From Hormiphora californensis (lineage: Eukaryota > Animalia > Ctenophora): a stretch of 64,000 nt of DNA. This document shows, piece after piece, positions 1 to 47,888 of the stretch; position 1 is the stretch's first letter, and each line of letters opens with the position of its first letter. Both the position numbers and the translations under genes were made by a program. The notes beneath the pieces were generated by a model. It made no database searches, was not told where the DNA came from, and saw nothing but the letters and a program-made list of their open reading frames with translations. The stretch spans positions 4,526,001 through 4,590,000 of the forward strand of contig CM035362.1 in assembly GCA_020137815.1 (NCBI GenBank), in the 5' to 3' direction.

Positions 1-164
1 ATAAAGGACACCTCGAGAGATGTACCAGTAAATAAGTTAGCCTCTTACAAACGATTTTTCAGCCGAAATTGGGTTTTCGCAAGACTTCGAACTTCGAACT
101 TCAGTGTGTGTCGCGAGGTTGAGATTTGAACGAGCGCGCTCAACTTCAGTGTGTCTCCCCCCTA

Positions 165-438
165 TCTTGAGTTTGGTTTGATCTGGAACAAGGTAACGTT
201 TTGTCGTTTTGCCTTTGAGAGTATCTTGAGTTTGGTTTGATCTGGAACAAGGTAACGTTTTGCCTCTGAGAGATTCTTGAGTTTGGTTTGATTTAGAACA
301 AGGTAACGTTTTGCCTCTGAGAGTATCTTGAGTTTGGTTTGATTTGGAACAAGGTAACGTTTTGCCTTTGAGAGATTCTTGAGTTTGGTTTGATTTGGAA
401 CAAGGTAACGTTTTGCCTTTGAGAGATTCTTGAGTTTG
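165..438. repeat. 51-bp minisatellite, ~5 copies
   Basis: Unit TCTTGAGTTTGGTTTGAT(C/T)TGGAACAAGGTAACGTTTTGCCT(T/C)TGAGAG(AT/TA) repeated; explains the 17-aa periodic ORFs on the minus strand. Confidence 0.9.
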
Positions 439-1100
439 GGTCTGGAATCCCGATGTATAGGTACCGTGTTTTGAGTGGCCAATTACATTTAAAATATAAA
501 CTGTACAATCTGTGAACAGACAATACGGACAGATGAATTTACAGCATTTTGATGAATGATTCGTACCGTTATGTTGTAAGCTCTTGCACGCGATAAGCAA
601 CTTAGTGCACCAAAACACAACGATTGTCTCTGTAGTGTGCTGTTTAGCAATGTCCGCTATATTGGGAGTGGTGGGTGGGGAGGGCAGTTGTGGGTGGGAC
701 GATGGATAATAATTATCGACCAAAATGCAGCTATAATTTAGTGATGAGACTAGGCCAGGCCCGAGACACTATTCAGTGGTAACTGGGAGGTCATGTGTGC
801 TGGAAATGAGAACTTGAAACAGATTTGTGTTGCATTTTAGTGAGAAGAAGAGGCCTAATTGGTGTCTGAGACTAGCGAAAGTGAAACGAGTTACAATGCA
901 ACAAGAGAGTAATCGAGTTTTTGTGTTATTAGTTGGTCAATTCAGTATTCAATGAAATATCAGTTTCAGAGAGGGTGGAGGGAGCTGCTGGCAGGGTTGA
1001 CCAAGAACCATGGCTGAGGCAATTTATCTGAGCAATTGTAAAATGAGTTGTAAAATATGAGGTTGAGGTGGATGAGACGCTCGCCACTGGCTATAATATA

Positions 1101-1271
1101 CAGTTGGACCCCGATTTAGGGACACCCTCGGGGGAAAGGTTCTTGTCCACTAAATCGGGGTGTCCACTAAATCGGGGTCAAATAAGGTTAATTTCCTATA
1201 TCGGGGGAAAAAATCCTGTCCCTAAATCGGGGTGCCACTAAATCGAGGGCCCCTAAATCGGGGTCCGACTG
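1101..1271. mobile_element. Tc1/mariner-type MITE (CAGTCGGACCCCGATTTAG TIR family)
   Basis: TA|CAGTTGGACCCCGATTTAG ... CTAAATCGGGGTCCGACTG|TA; TA flanks, internal TAAATCGGGG subrepeats; same family at 23332, 25172, 61035 and partial copies at ~5320-5369 and ~8360-8413. Confidence 0.85.
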
Positions 1272-1635
1272 TAATAGAAACGAGACAATGCAATAAAATC
1301 TTTTTTTAACAATGGAGCTGTAAAATTTCATTGTGGTTTGAATTTTAGTAAAGGCACTATGCAGCTTAGCTCTTCTAGAAGCACAAGACAAAAGAAAAGA
1401 AACAATAATATCAAAACAAAGTTTGTGATACGTACTAAAATTCAGCGTTATATTCTTTGTGAAGGCTTTACAAAGAATATAACGCTGATTTGCGATTGGA
1501 CATCAAAATTATACGTTGTTTTATTTTGACCAATCACAGCCCTCGGAAATTTTTGACTCTTGTACGCTCCCACAGTATATATAACAATTTATAAAAGCAT
1601 AAAATACTATAATTTCGATATTTGTGCATTATATA

Positions 1636-4600
1636 ATGCGTCTTACTAGATGCATTCTAGCAATATTGTTTCGACTTATGGCTGGCAATGAATTTTATTC
1701 GAGGACCAAACCGCCCATGGTATTTCGAGAGCATACTGTCAACAAGCCTATCCTGGACTTCACCCTATACCCAGACACCGAATGTCAGGTTGTTGCTGAC
1801 CAGGAAAACTTCCTACGCATGGAATGCCAGGTAGATGGGAGTCCCTACACACAGTGCCCTTTCACCCCGGATCTCTATTATAGAATTCAGAGGGGATCGT
1901 GCACAAAGCAAACAATAATAAGCACGCCCTGCCCTGGTGATTGGAGTTCCTATCAAATGTGTGGACTCAGTGGATGTGTGAAGCAGACTAAGATAGTGTA
2001 CGGTAAAGAAATGCTGCCCGGTGTGCCTCTGTGTACGTACCATGCCTGTCGATATGTAAGCTATGGCTATGGTGTCAATAAATTGGTGTGGGGGACACCA
2101 CTGTATTTCAGCTTGTGTGACGGATTTTCCGCCTGTGAAAACAAGATCGGTAACTTGGCAGCTGATGAGGCTGACTGTTTGTTGAAAGATATGGATGATT
2201 TTAACTGCACAAGACCATTCAACAAGGCTACATCACGTAGAGTTAGAGAAGAATATGTCGCAATGAACGAAGTATGTGATGGTAAGTGCGACTGTGCGTC
2301 TTGTTCAGAAGAGGCCGAATGTTACGGCAGAAGTTTGGGCATATTTTGTAGATTGGGTCCATTTCGAAGATTAGTTTATATCCCACCGAGGAATATCTGT
2401 GATGGACGAAAACATTGCAACAACGGCCAGGATGAAGTATTATGTGCAAATGCAACGGAGAGCTGTCATACCATAAACTTTTTCGATCTAGATCAACTGA
2501 AGCAGCCTCTGACACCTAGGAGCAAGTGCGGGCCCATTGCTAAGGACAAGAGTTTACGGAAATGTACCGATTACAGGGATCAGATGAATTGCACCATTTT
2601 AGCTGAGTGGAGCCCTTATAGTAGCTCGCCGCTGCTGTGCCTAGTGGACGGTTATCCAACCACAATTTCAGCAAGGGTAGTGTGCGGGATTAATGTTAAA
2701 TTATGTGATGATGGAATTGATCAGGAGTGCGTCACTCTCAACTCTCTCTGTACCATCCATAAGCACCAGCAATGCGATGGTATCGCCGACTGTGGAAGTA
2801 AAGCGGATGAGGGAGGTGAGGTATGCAGCGTTCCTACAGCAGACAAAGAGAAGTGCATTCGGAGATATGCAACTGGGGTAATGGTGAAACCGCTAGTCCT
2901 TCCCGATGCGTGGGTACTAGATGGAGTTGCTGACTGTAGAAACGGGCTTGATGAGGACATCAGCATTTGGTTTGAGGTCTGTGGACTAGGAACGGCCGTG
3001 GTACATTCCCTGAAGTTTCATAACTGCACTGGTACTGTGCTACTAAAGTGTCCAGGAAACCCACACTCTCTCCTTAGCTTGAACCGCACCTGTACTGATA
3101 GCTCATACTGTGATAGAAGTATCTGTCTCCTGTCTAGGAGGAACAACAAGCTTGCTTCACAAGTAACAGTTTTATCTCAACATCACCTTGCCATTGCTTT
3201 CTGTTTAATGGGCTTAGAATCGATCCAAGCACAGATATCTCCTTGCTCGACGATACAATTTCATATCGGGGCACCTGCACTCTACACCTCTAGCCTGCAG
3301 TTGACAATGCCAGTATTTGGTTTAGATGAATGTAAAAGCATATTTGGCCAGTTTTATGTGTATCTAGCATGCACCGGAAGGTGTGGGGTACCCTGTCCCG
3401 TTCAACCCTTGTTAGAGAGCTCATGTGCCTCGTCTCATCCTCGCCGTTACTTCACAATCAACACAAGGCACCAGTTGACACGAGTTGTATCACACAATGG
3501 GACCTACTCGAATGATGTTTTTAGTTGTTCAAACCTTCGCTGTGTACCCTACTCCATGGTATGTGATTTGGTGGACGATTGTGGCGACCAGAGTGATGAG
3601 ATACAATGCAAGAACCATTTCCAATGCCGAACAAACAACCAGTTCGTTGCCAGTTCCAGGCGTTGTGACGGTGTCTTTGACTGCCAAGACTTTTCCGATG
3701 AATGCAATGAAGAATGTACCACAGAGGTCAAGATTCTGCCGAATGCAGTACTTAAGACGGCTGCATGGACACTTGGTTCAACGGCCACTGGACTCAACTT
3801 ATTGGTTCTTTTTCAAGGATTTACTGAATTCAGTAGCTTGAAAACTAATGGCGGACGAAAAAACAAGGCCTTCACGATGGTAATCTCACTTGGCGATTTT
3901 CTTCAAGGATTGTATCTCCTCTGTGCGGCTATCGGAGATTCTTTTTTCAACAAGAGCACATGTTACTCTCAGTTTGAGTGGCTAACCAACCTCTACTGTG
4001 AAGTGCTTGGTGTTTTGTCGACCATTGGCTCACTGATTTCACTCTACTCGATGGCAATCCTAAGTATAATTAAGCTCAAAGGTGTGGCAAGTACGAAAAT
4101 TCCACAGCCAACAAGCTTGAGTAGGAGGTTCGTTTGCTCAGCTACTGGGGGGAATAGTGGCACTAATCCTGACAGCTACGTTAGTAGCAGTTATCCCCAC
4201 GTTTACCTTTCTCAAGGACTTCTTTGTGCAAAGAGTTGTATACGAGGACAACAACTTGTTCGTTGGTTCCATTGACAAAGAAACAAGCAACAAGATCTTG
4301 CAGGAGTACTATGGGCGGTTTAGAGAAGGAGAATACGGTTGGGACACCATGAAGTACCTAGTTGAGGACATGTTTAATAGCACTGGTCCCCAGGTCAAGA
4401 GTCTTGGATTCTACGGAAGCAGTGGCATTTGCCTCTTCAACTTCTTTGTCCGGGCGGACAACCCCCACATTTGGTTCGTGGGAGCTGTCCAGATTAGCAA
4501 TCTTATCTGTGTTATTGTGATCGCAGTGTGCTATTTGGTAGTTAACATCGTAGCCCTAAAATCGAGCCGAGCTGCAGGTGGAGAGAATAACGACGCTCTC

Positions 4601-4900
4601 ACAAAGAGAAATAGGAAGTTACAACGTAAGATTGCGGTGATTGTTTCCACCGACATCATCAACTGGATTCCCTTTATGGTACTTTGTGTAATGCACTACA
4701 CTCAGTACTTTGACTTCTCTCACATCTACCGGTACTTCTCGATCCTGTTCCTTCCGTGTAATTCCATTGTCAATCCGATACTGATTAATTATGATATTTT
4801 TGTTGCCGCTTGGAAGGATGGAGTCCAGTATCTACGGAGTCTTTTGGAAACATCCCGTGAAGAAGGGATAGAAATTGAGATGACCAACAGGGTTGAGTAA
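1636..4900 (+). CDS. Intronless LDL-receptor class A repeat-containing class A GPCR (GRL101/LGR-RXFP-like 7TM, no LRRs), ~1087 aa after removing one G from the G6 run at 4147-4152
   Basis: Hydrophobic N-terminus; many LDLa motifs (CDGKCDC..EE..C, CDGRKHCNNGQDE, CDGIADCGSKADE, CDLVDDCGDQSDE, CDGVFDCQDFSDE); TM1-3 in ORF 1624-4275 (SLGDFLQGLYLL, CEVLGVLSTIGSLISLYSMAILS); TM4-7 in ORF 4157-4900 (RKIAVIVSTDIINWIPF, LPCNSIVNPI). The two ORFs join by a 1-nt shift in a homopolymer. Confidence 0.88.
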
Positions 4901-5779
4901 AAGTAATATTTGGACTATATGGACATAATATGTTGATGAATCTGTAGAATAGTATTCAAGACAGGTGCTTTAAGTTCCGCTTAGTTTTGCCTAGCTACTC
5001 TTTGAAAACGATAGACAATGATAGCTAGACTCTGTTTCGTGCGCCCCGTGGAGGGTTAGAACATAACAAGCTTAGTTATAGAATACGTGTGATGTTGCAT
5101 TTCTTGATATTATACATATTTCAATTGAAGATTGCTTGTTGTAACTTTTAACCGAATTTTTTAGCTATTGTACATAAAATATTGAATCACACTCAACATA
5201 CACGGCCCTTCTTGCAGACTCAAGAAAAATAAAGAATGACTGTAAGTTGAGAACATCAATCATGCTGCCAGACCAAGCCCAAGGAACCGAAACAAAACCC
5301 CAAAACACAGAGGTTTATTCTCCCGGTAAATCACTAAATCGGGGTTCCGGTAAATCGGGGTCCGACTGTATATTGAATACATTCTGCTGGTATGGCATGA
5401 TTGATACATTATATGTTGTGTATGTGAAGAAACAACTGAAGTTTGGTCAAACCCAATTGAAATGAATTTTAGTCCCAAAAAATTGGCAATGCCATGTTCG
5501 CTTATAGACAAGGAAAACACGAAATATGTTGGTACTGGAAAATATATTAACCGCTTACCATAACATTAAAGAGCTCGATCCACTGCGGTAATACATTTGA
5601 CGATGAATGTATTCTTTTCACCAGTGTCATCCTGTACCATTCGCTAAATGTAGAAACATCAAGACGTGTCGTATACACTTAAAAACATTATACATAGAAC
5701 AAATCCTTGTGTTTTAGTAGCACTAAATTACGCGGAATTGTGTGCCACACGTTTCCTGAAAACGTGTCAATGAAGTGGT

Positions 5780-5980
5780 TTATAAAGGAGCAGTTTGTTG
5801 TTGTGTGCACGGCTCTAGTTGCTACACGTTGCCCCTCGCAACTGAAACGGGACATCTTTGCCGATCTTGCTATACATAGTAGTATAGTATAGTATAGGCA
5901 CTATGTCCGTAACAGATTTCTAAACCCCTATGCCTTTTTGCAAAAGGCATCTGGGTGAAGGCCTTCACTTGCACTCGTTA
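5780..5980. repeat. Dispersed hairpin-ended repeat (second copy ~24320-24510)
   Basis: Shared ATAAAGGAGCA...GTTGTTGTGTGC.CGGCTCTAGTTGCTAC...CCTCGCAAC and terminal ATGCCTTTT..AAAAGGCATC.GGGTGAA.GCCTTC hairpins. Confidence 0.7.
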
Positions 5981-6050
5981 CGATATGGGTTGGTTGATGG
6001 CCTGTTTACAGGTGCGCACTGTCAAAAAAATTACGCTGCACTAAAATGGC

Positions 6051-7826
6051 TATAGAGGCTACAACAAAACTAAGAGCTTGAGCCCCGTACCATTGTTACC
6101 ATGGCGACGAAAGGGGGTCTACAGGATAATGAGGTGATGATAATCACCGCGGTGCTCAAGCTCCTCAAAGTTTTTAAAACTTTCCCATGGCCGTTATGTT
6201 GCACAATAGTATTGTTATGGCTTCGGTTAGAGATCCTGTCATTGGTTAAAACAGGGTCATGTGACATTACATGTGATTCATTTTGCCCAATAGAACCACT
6301 CTATTTTATATTCCCCAGGGAATTCATCATGTCATTTTAGGGACACTACAGCCTACTCCACCACCCCGTGTGCAAAGATCAGGCCAAAATTTGGCTAAAA
6401 AGGCAACTAATTGATATCAACTAATTGGTATCAAAGCAAAAACCACTTTACGCGACTAATTTTGATATACTGAATAACGTGAGCAACTTTTTGTGGTGGG
6501 AAAAGTGCCTTAATTGGGCATAATTGGGTCTAATTGACCAGAGTTACAATTGTTTTCCCGTAAAAGCTATGTTAGGGCTCTTACCCCAACAATTTGGATG
6601 CGCTGAATCGCATGAGTAAGTTTTATAAGCTCTCACAGGTCGAAAAAGTGCCCTAATTGGGCATAATTGGGTCAGATTGGCCAATTTAAAGGGATATTGA
6701 CGTTTTTAAAACAATTGCTTTTATTTTATTCTTTACCCTTTCAAGGTGGCAAATATATATATTTCTTACTTCAAATGTTTTACACATCAATTATACATGT
6801 CATAGGGTATAATAATGGTGACAATAATTAGTGGCTAAGAGTGAAAACTTATTGATTTGTTTATTTTGTCGATTTTTTCTATTTTAACCTATCCTATTCC
6901 TGCGATAGATTAAATATCATACATAACATGATGATAATATGAGTGATTCTCAAAACTCATTAAGAAGGGTGAAACATTACACCCCCATATCTACTCACTG
7001 AAGGGGGAGGTGCTGAGAGCTGTTGTGACAAAGAGACAGTGAGTTTATTACCTTCAATGAACACATTCATCTTTTTGTTTATGATGAAAATTGAAAACGT
7101 CTTTAATTGCTCGGACATTCGATTCAGCGTATCAAAATCAGTAGGGGCAGTGCTCTCTAATGACAAGCGTTTCCAGGACAAAAATGATAATTTCAGTCAA
7201 TTTGACCCAGTTATGCCCAATTTGGGCACTTTTTCGACCTCTGAGAGCTTATAAAACTTACTCATGCGATTCAGCGCATCCAAATTAGTGGGGTAAGAGC
7301 CCTAACATAGCTTTTACGGGAAAACAATTGTAACTCTGGTCAATTAGACCCAATTATGCCCAATTAAGGCACTTTTCCCACCACAAAAAGTTGCTCACGT
7401 TATTCAGTATATCAAAATTAGTCGCTTAAAGTGGTTTTTGCTTTGATACCAATTAGTTGATATCAATTAGTTGCCTTTTTAGCCAAATTTTGGCCTGATC
7501 TTTGCACACGGGGTGGTGGAGTAGGCTGTAGTGTCCCTAAAATGACATGATGAAGTCCCTGGGGAATATAAAATAGAGTGGTTCTATTGGGCAAAATGAA
7601 TCACATGTAATGTCACATGACCCCGTTTTAACCAATGACAGGATCTCTAACCGAAGCCATAACAATACTATTGTGCAACATAACGGCCATGGGAAAGTTT
7701 TAAAAACTTTGAGGAGCTTGAGCACCGCGGTGATTATCATCACCTCATTATCCTGTAGACCCCCTTTCGTCGCCATGGTAACAATGGTACGGGGCTCAAG
7801 CTCTTAGTTTTGTTGTAGCCTCTATA
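6051..7826. mobile_element. Foldback/long-TIR non-autonomous DNA transposon (~630-bp arms, ~520-bp spacer)
   Basis: 6051-~6680 is the near-perfect reverse complement of ~7197-7826 (mirror ORFs 6101-6340/7537-7776); ends TATA|GAGGCTACAAC...GTTGTAGCCTC|TATA. Confidence 0.88.
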
Positions 7827-8989
7827 ACCGCCAAACAACTCAACCGCCAAACAACTCAATCGTTTCTACGGTGGTAGAGAGTGCGTTCTACCACCGTAGA
7901 AACGATGGTGTAAACGATGGTGTAAACGTTAGAGCTAAGCTGCATGGTGCCTTTAGTAAACCACAATGAAATTTTACAGCTCCATTGTTAAAAAAAGATT
8001 TTATTGTATTGTCTCGTTTCTATTTGTTTTGTTCAAACGGGGTGCGGGGAGGGAGGGTCGAACAAGGCAAGTTTCTATATTATAGCCAGTGGCGAGCGTC
8101 ATATTTTGGAAAGCATTGAAAATTTGCTATTCTTGTTGACAAATGGCGCCATTTGGCGATGAAAATTTTGCACATGGTTTTTTTCAGACTTCATCCCATC
8201 GCCACGTGGCGATACCGCCAAGAGTCGCCAACATTTGGCGAATAGCGATCGCCATTGGCGCCACGTGGCGCCAGAAATGGTGACATTTGGCGATAGTGCA
8301 CACTCGCCAGAACGACCTAATCTTTCATACTACCAAATATTTTGGGGGAAGTTTATCCTCCCGGTAAATCGGGGTTCCGATAAATCGGGGCCCGGTAAAT
8401 CGGGGTCCGACTGTACATAGTTACATTCTCTATAGTGGTCTAGTGGAAGTTGAAGGAAATGAAGCACTATACACAATAGTGGATTTATTCTTGTTAAGTT
8501 ATTAGCCGCTATTTTACTAATTTATGCACTTATATACCCTGCTAACTTAAATAACCCGCCAGTCCCACTAGCGCGCTCTCAATAAACAGCCAGTCCAGCG
8601 GCAGATTATTTCCCATTGGCAGGTTATTTATTTTGAACATTCAAAGTGTGTGTAAATGATCAGTTCTTACTAAAATACAGAGGGAACACTATGTGCAACA
8701 CTTACACACTACATTGGAGAGAAAGAAAGGACACATTCCGTCAATTACTCTCTCTTTATCTCCCCTTTTGTCTCACTATCTCTTCCTCTGTGTTATGTGT
8801 GACATGCCCCTTATCAGGCTATTTCTTTCACTCTCTTTCCTTAGCAACTGCTTAGTAACTGTTACCAAACAGTGTACACTCAATTGTGAGGTGTTTTAAC
8901 TATTTCTCAGTCCTCTTTGAGTGTTTTGATTAGTGTTCTCTCTCTCTCTCTTGTTGGTGTGTAATACTTGAAATAAACAACTAAAGCAG

Positions 8990-9198
8990 GGTATATAACC
9001 TATAAACTCTGACCACTGGCACGTTATAGGTTTAAACCCCTCCGCCTCTCCCTCGGCTCCGCCTCGGGATCGTCGTCGTGATTTAAACCAGTTTATCCGC
9101 CAGCGGCGGATAAACTTCAGCTAACTTCTCCCAGCGGCGCGCTGGGAGAAAGTTATCTGAAATAACGCGCCAGTGGCCAGAGTTTATACCTCATATCC
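8990..9198. mobile_element. Nested-hairpin non-autonomous element (possibly Crypton-like)
   Basis: Outer inverted repeat TATAAACTCTGACCACTGGCACGTTAT / ATAACGCGCCAGTGGCCAGAGTTTATA enclosing three internal hairpins (GGTTTAAA..TTTAAACC, AGTTTATCCGCC..GGCGGATAAACT, AACTTCTCCCAGC..GCTGGGAGAAAGTT). Family assignment is a guess. Confidence 0.55.
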
Positions 9199-9622
9199 AA
9201 CTCTTTACTGTTATCACACGTGTTGGAACGACTATAATTACATGTGTATACTTTTCACATTTAGCTCGTATTATACTATGACACATGTGATTATATACAG
9301 TACTCGTGATATAGTGTTATTGTACACGTGCCACATGTGTACTGTTATTGTAGACGTGCCATATGTGTACTGTTATTGTGTGTTATTGTGTGTACTGTTA
9401 TTGTAGACGTGATATTGTGGTTTGTGGTTATAGTCAGATACACAGTTAGTTATTGATTATTGATTATTGAGTCTACTCGGCATGGTACAGGACCAGCTGT
9501 CAGCAGTTCTATATTTTACCACTAGGGACTTATGTCATGGTGACGCAGTCACCCTTACAATTCCTACACAAAGCACGCCAAAACAAAGCCCGTGTAGACG
9601 AGGTGAAGGCGCCACCAAGGGC

Positions 9623-9900
9623 TTATAAACCACCCCCCCTGCTGATATTTCCCGCAGTCTACTGTGGTATATCAAATAATTCCCTCCCTCTGTTTTCACA
9701 CCTTTCATAATTCCCGGGGTCGTTTTATAAGAAATAACCACGGCTAGTAAAGTGATGAAATTTGATAATCCCCTAACGGGGATTATCACACGATATTCCC
9801 CTCGTCGCGTTGCTCCTCGTGGATATCGTATTGATATACCACCCTGAAAGGGTGGTATATCAGATTTCATCCCTCTACTAGCCGGGGTTATCTATATTAT
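9623..9900. mobile_element. ~280-bp multi-hairpin dispersed element (second copy 51017-51307)
   Basis: Both copies run TTATAAACCACCCCCCCTGCTGATATTTCCCGCAGTCTAC...CTAGCCGGGGTTATCTATATTATA with internal hairpins. Confidence 0.75.
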
Positions 9901-10518
9901 ATATGACGAAATTGATTCAAACGATTCGTCGATTCACCCTGTGTTGCTCTGCGACTATACTTATCATGCCCGAGGCCCTAGTAATTTGTGTGCGTTTGTT
10001 ATTTTAAGTTAAGTATATTTTACTTATATCTGTGATCTAGCCCAAAACATCCACTGAGCCTGCAGTGAGCCCAGTTCTGTATGTGTGTTGTCTTTATGTG
10101 GCTTGTTGGTTAAGCTGTCATGATCTGACAGGGGTTAAGTACAACACGTGGATGTTGCTAGGAGCTCTGCCCTGTTCTAAACAGATCGTTCTACATGTAC
10201 CTAAAGTTCTTTTTTCAACTGTTCACCCGTCAAAGTCGTGTGCAGAATTGTTTTGCGTGTCTATTATGACATGTATTATCACGTGTAGTGCACACAGCGT
10301 AAATTAAAATATCGCACACGCACGAGTTGAGGCCTGAACAGTTGAAAAAAAATGGACTTTACTACTGTTTTACTTCAAGAAAAACATTTTCACAATAACG
10401 GCTCTTTTACAAATATTATACGGCTCTTACATACAATGTAACAGGGTCACATGTTTTACATTGCACTTTTGATCCGGGAAGTGAGTGCATTGTTTAGAGT
10501 TTGGGAGTTGGCACCTCT

Positions 10519-10706
<188 letters not shown>

Positions 10707-11194
10707 GCCACACCTTTTACACCACGTACTACACTAGCTATTGTGTGTTTTGTCCAGTTAGTGGCTTTGTTATATCCGCCACAATTGTGTTACATACGCT
10801 GGGATGTTGGGGTTTGCTTTGTGTTTTACTTTCACGTAGTTGCTGTATCATTTCAGCATTTATGAATTGTAAGTATGTAGTTACTCGACCCTGATCCCTA
10901 TCATACACCAAAACTACGATATAGCCCGGAGTTTGAACAACGAATAATACTTAATTTTGGCTAACGCTGCAGACCTCTATTATAATAGTGGCTGTACTAG
11001 GCAGGGGACTGCAGCGCATGTCTTGCTATGGCATCTTAACTTTCCATTTCGAGAGAGAGCGGAAGTTAAACCATCTCATGGTTATCAATCGCTCGACGAT
11101 GTTCATGTTGTATTGTTGTCCTATAAATGTGATCTAAATACACGCACGATCTGTGTGTGATGTTTACCCAAGACTTCACCATCAGCTATTTTAC

Positions 11195-11278
<84 letters not shown>

Positions 11279-11922
11279 TTCTCTCTCTCTCTCTTTCTCT
11301 CTTTCTATCTCATTATAGTTTGTCGACGCATTGTTTGACGTGTATTATACCGACACTCGAACTACTCCTACGCCATACCAGTTGTTATTCATTTGTTAAG
11401 ACATTTGTTGTTATTATATTGTTAAGTCGCCTGAAACTGTGCCCAAACTGTGTCAATTGAGTCGCAGCGTGCGGTGTCTGTGCTACGTGAAAAATTCAAT
11501 AATTCTGATATTCATCGATCGACCGATCGTCCGTCTGACAGTAAACAGTGTCATTATATTGACCACAAACATGTACCATTTGTTACATGTGACACATTGG
11601 ATACTGGATAGATAGTCTATATCGAACATAATTTGTCGTGGGCCGTGGCCCAATCATCTGATCTCAAAGTTACAAGCTTATCTCAAAGTTATCTCAAAGT
11701 TGAAAGCATATTATATTATGATGAAGCCATTTTGATGTTGTATTTGATCCCGACCCCCGTGTTTTTAATCTAGTGTATTTGTATGATTTAAGTTTTAATC
11801 ATGTTTGTTAATAGTTTTCCCTGATTTCTCTCTCGATAATCGGTCGTAGTACGTGTTCAAACTAGCTCATTCCAATCGTTGGCCACGTGTTCACACGTTG
11901 ACGCCCTGGAAAATATCCTGGC

Positions 11923-12013
<91 letters not shown>

Positions 12014-12263
12014 ATCTTTATCTTTTTCCATCTCTCTGGCAAGAACTGAAACACATGCCCATTTCCGTCCTACGTAGTTGCAGTTCCGGGAAATTAAACG
12101 TGGCTCTAATTCCTGGAGCCAAAATCTTAGTTCTGCTTGTATAGCTATGCTCCTATCCCTTAGCTTCAATATCTTGTTTCATTTAAAAGATACTTGTTTC
12201 AATCCAACCGTTGTCCCTTTACACCTAGGATCATATTATAGCCATGGATAAGACAGGAATAAC

Positions 12264-12374
12264 GGCAACAACAAATGGGTTGCTATATGCAACAACAAAT
12301 GGGTTGCTAGGCAACAACAAATGGGTTGCTAGGCAACAACAAATGGGTTGCTAGGCAATGGGTTGCTAGGCAAC
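12264..12374. promoter_or_regulatory. 22-bp tandem array of RFX X-box-like palindromes (GTTGCTAGGCAAC)
   Basis: GTTGCTAGGCAAC at 12303, 12325 and 12362, a one-mismatch copy at 12347 and a degenerate copy at ~12279; matches the RFX consensus GTNRCC/YN(0-3)RGYAAC. Function not shown. Confidence 0.45.
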
Positions 12375-12656
12375 TATAAAACTACAATCAGAGTTTCAAC
12401 ACGTGCAGAGTATCCTTTTCAGATAGTATCCTTTTTACAAACATCACATTATTCATATGCTGTTTATGTTATAGCTGCTACAAATGAAAACAAGTGGTTT
12501 TACCACTGCTATAAATATCTTAGTTGCCGGTATATCGGGGTCCTACTGTAATATACTCCATAGTAAACCCAATAGTAAACTTGCGTGCACTGGCAAGGGG
12601 TTACTTCGTTACCAAATAGTAAACCCGTTCATTGTCAACAAAAATACATGTTACAG

Positions 12657-46840
<34,184 letters not shown>

Positions 46841-46967
46841 GTAAGATGTTTTACAGATTCCATGCCATTTGCTGAAGAAGTATGTCCAACTTCCCTTATT
46901 TCGTTGTGTGCAGCAGCTCCACCGACCACCCTGTATTCTTCATGCCGTCTATCCCTTCCCTCGCCCC

Positions 46968-47007
<40 letters not shown>

Positions 47008-47066
47008 CTCTCCTCATCTCTCTCTCTCTCTCTCCTCTCTCTCGCTCTCTCTCTCTCTCCTCCTCT

Positions 47067-47099
<33 letters not shown>

Positions 47100-47598
47100 T
47101 TTTTTTGGATACTAAGCTGAGGTTTGCCAAAACGGAAACCAGGTGAATTGCACCTGACAACCGAGACACATGCTCCCGGCATGGTCAACATCACCCGGAC
47201 CGCCACACCTTACAGACACTTCGGTAGTATTCAATCAGGAATCCGAATATGTGCCAAAGTGTAAGGGGAGCCCACTGCTTGTCATGGGTAATGTCATTTG
47301 GGCCCAGATGGAGTGCCGTTGGGGCCCACTGGAGTGCCGTCTTGCCAATGCGTCTGTCGTCTTGGATTGAGTAGAGGGGATGGTGTCAGACACCGGGTTT
47401 GGGCTAGGAAGAAGGGAAGGGGAAGGTAGGGGGCTAGGTTGGGGATTGAAGGAAGAGGATGGTAAGAAAAAGGATAAAATCAATATACACATTGCATATA
47501 AAGATAACATCTCGGCTGGCTCCTATCATCGTATTGACAATAGCGAGAAAGGGAGAGGGAGAGGAAGAGGGAGATATGATAGGAAGGGTGACTGAAAA

Positions 47599-47821
47599 AT
47601 GAACTAGGTGTGACTAGTACAATGCTAGGCAGGGTAACTGCAGCATGAACTAGGTGTGACTAGTACAATGCTAGGCAGGGTAACTGCAGAATAAACTAGG
47701 TGTGACTGGTACCATGATAGACAGGGTAACTGCAGAATGAACTAGGTGTGAGTGGTACAATGATAGACAGGGTAACTGCAGAATGAACTAGGTGTGAGTG
47801 GTACAATGATAGACATGATAA

Positions 47822-47825
<4 letters not shown>
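47599..47825. repeat. 46-bp tandem repeat, ~5 copies
   Basis: GAACTAGGTGTGACTAGTACAATGCTAGGCAGGGTAACTGCAGAAT variants. Confidence 0.85.

Positions 47826-47888
<63 letters not shown>

Noticed and set aside
37-723. 228-aa minus-strand ORF with 17-aa repeats
   Set aside because: Openness explained by the 51-bp tandem repeat; no recognisable domain.
4141-4160. Programmed frameshift or pseudogenisation of the GPCR (also shifts at ~14318, ~18721, ~22125, ~28065, ~54270)
   Set aside because: Isolated 1-nt indels, several in homopolymer runs, in otherwise intact frames are best explained as long-read consensus errors; cannot be settled without reads.
6070-7807. Duplicate 79-aa/65-aa ORFs on opposite strands (likewise 59988-60221 and 60522-60755)
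   Set aside because: Mirror products of palindromic transposon arms; no protein features.
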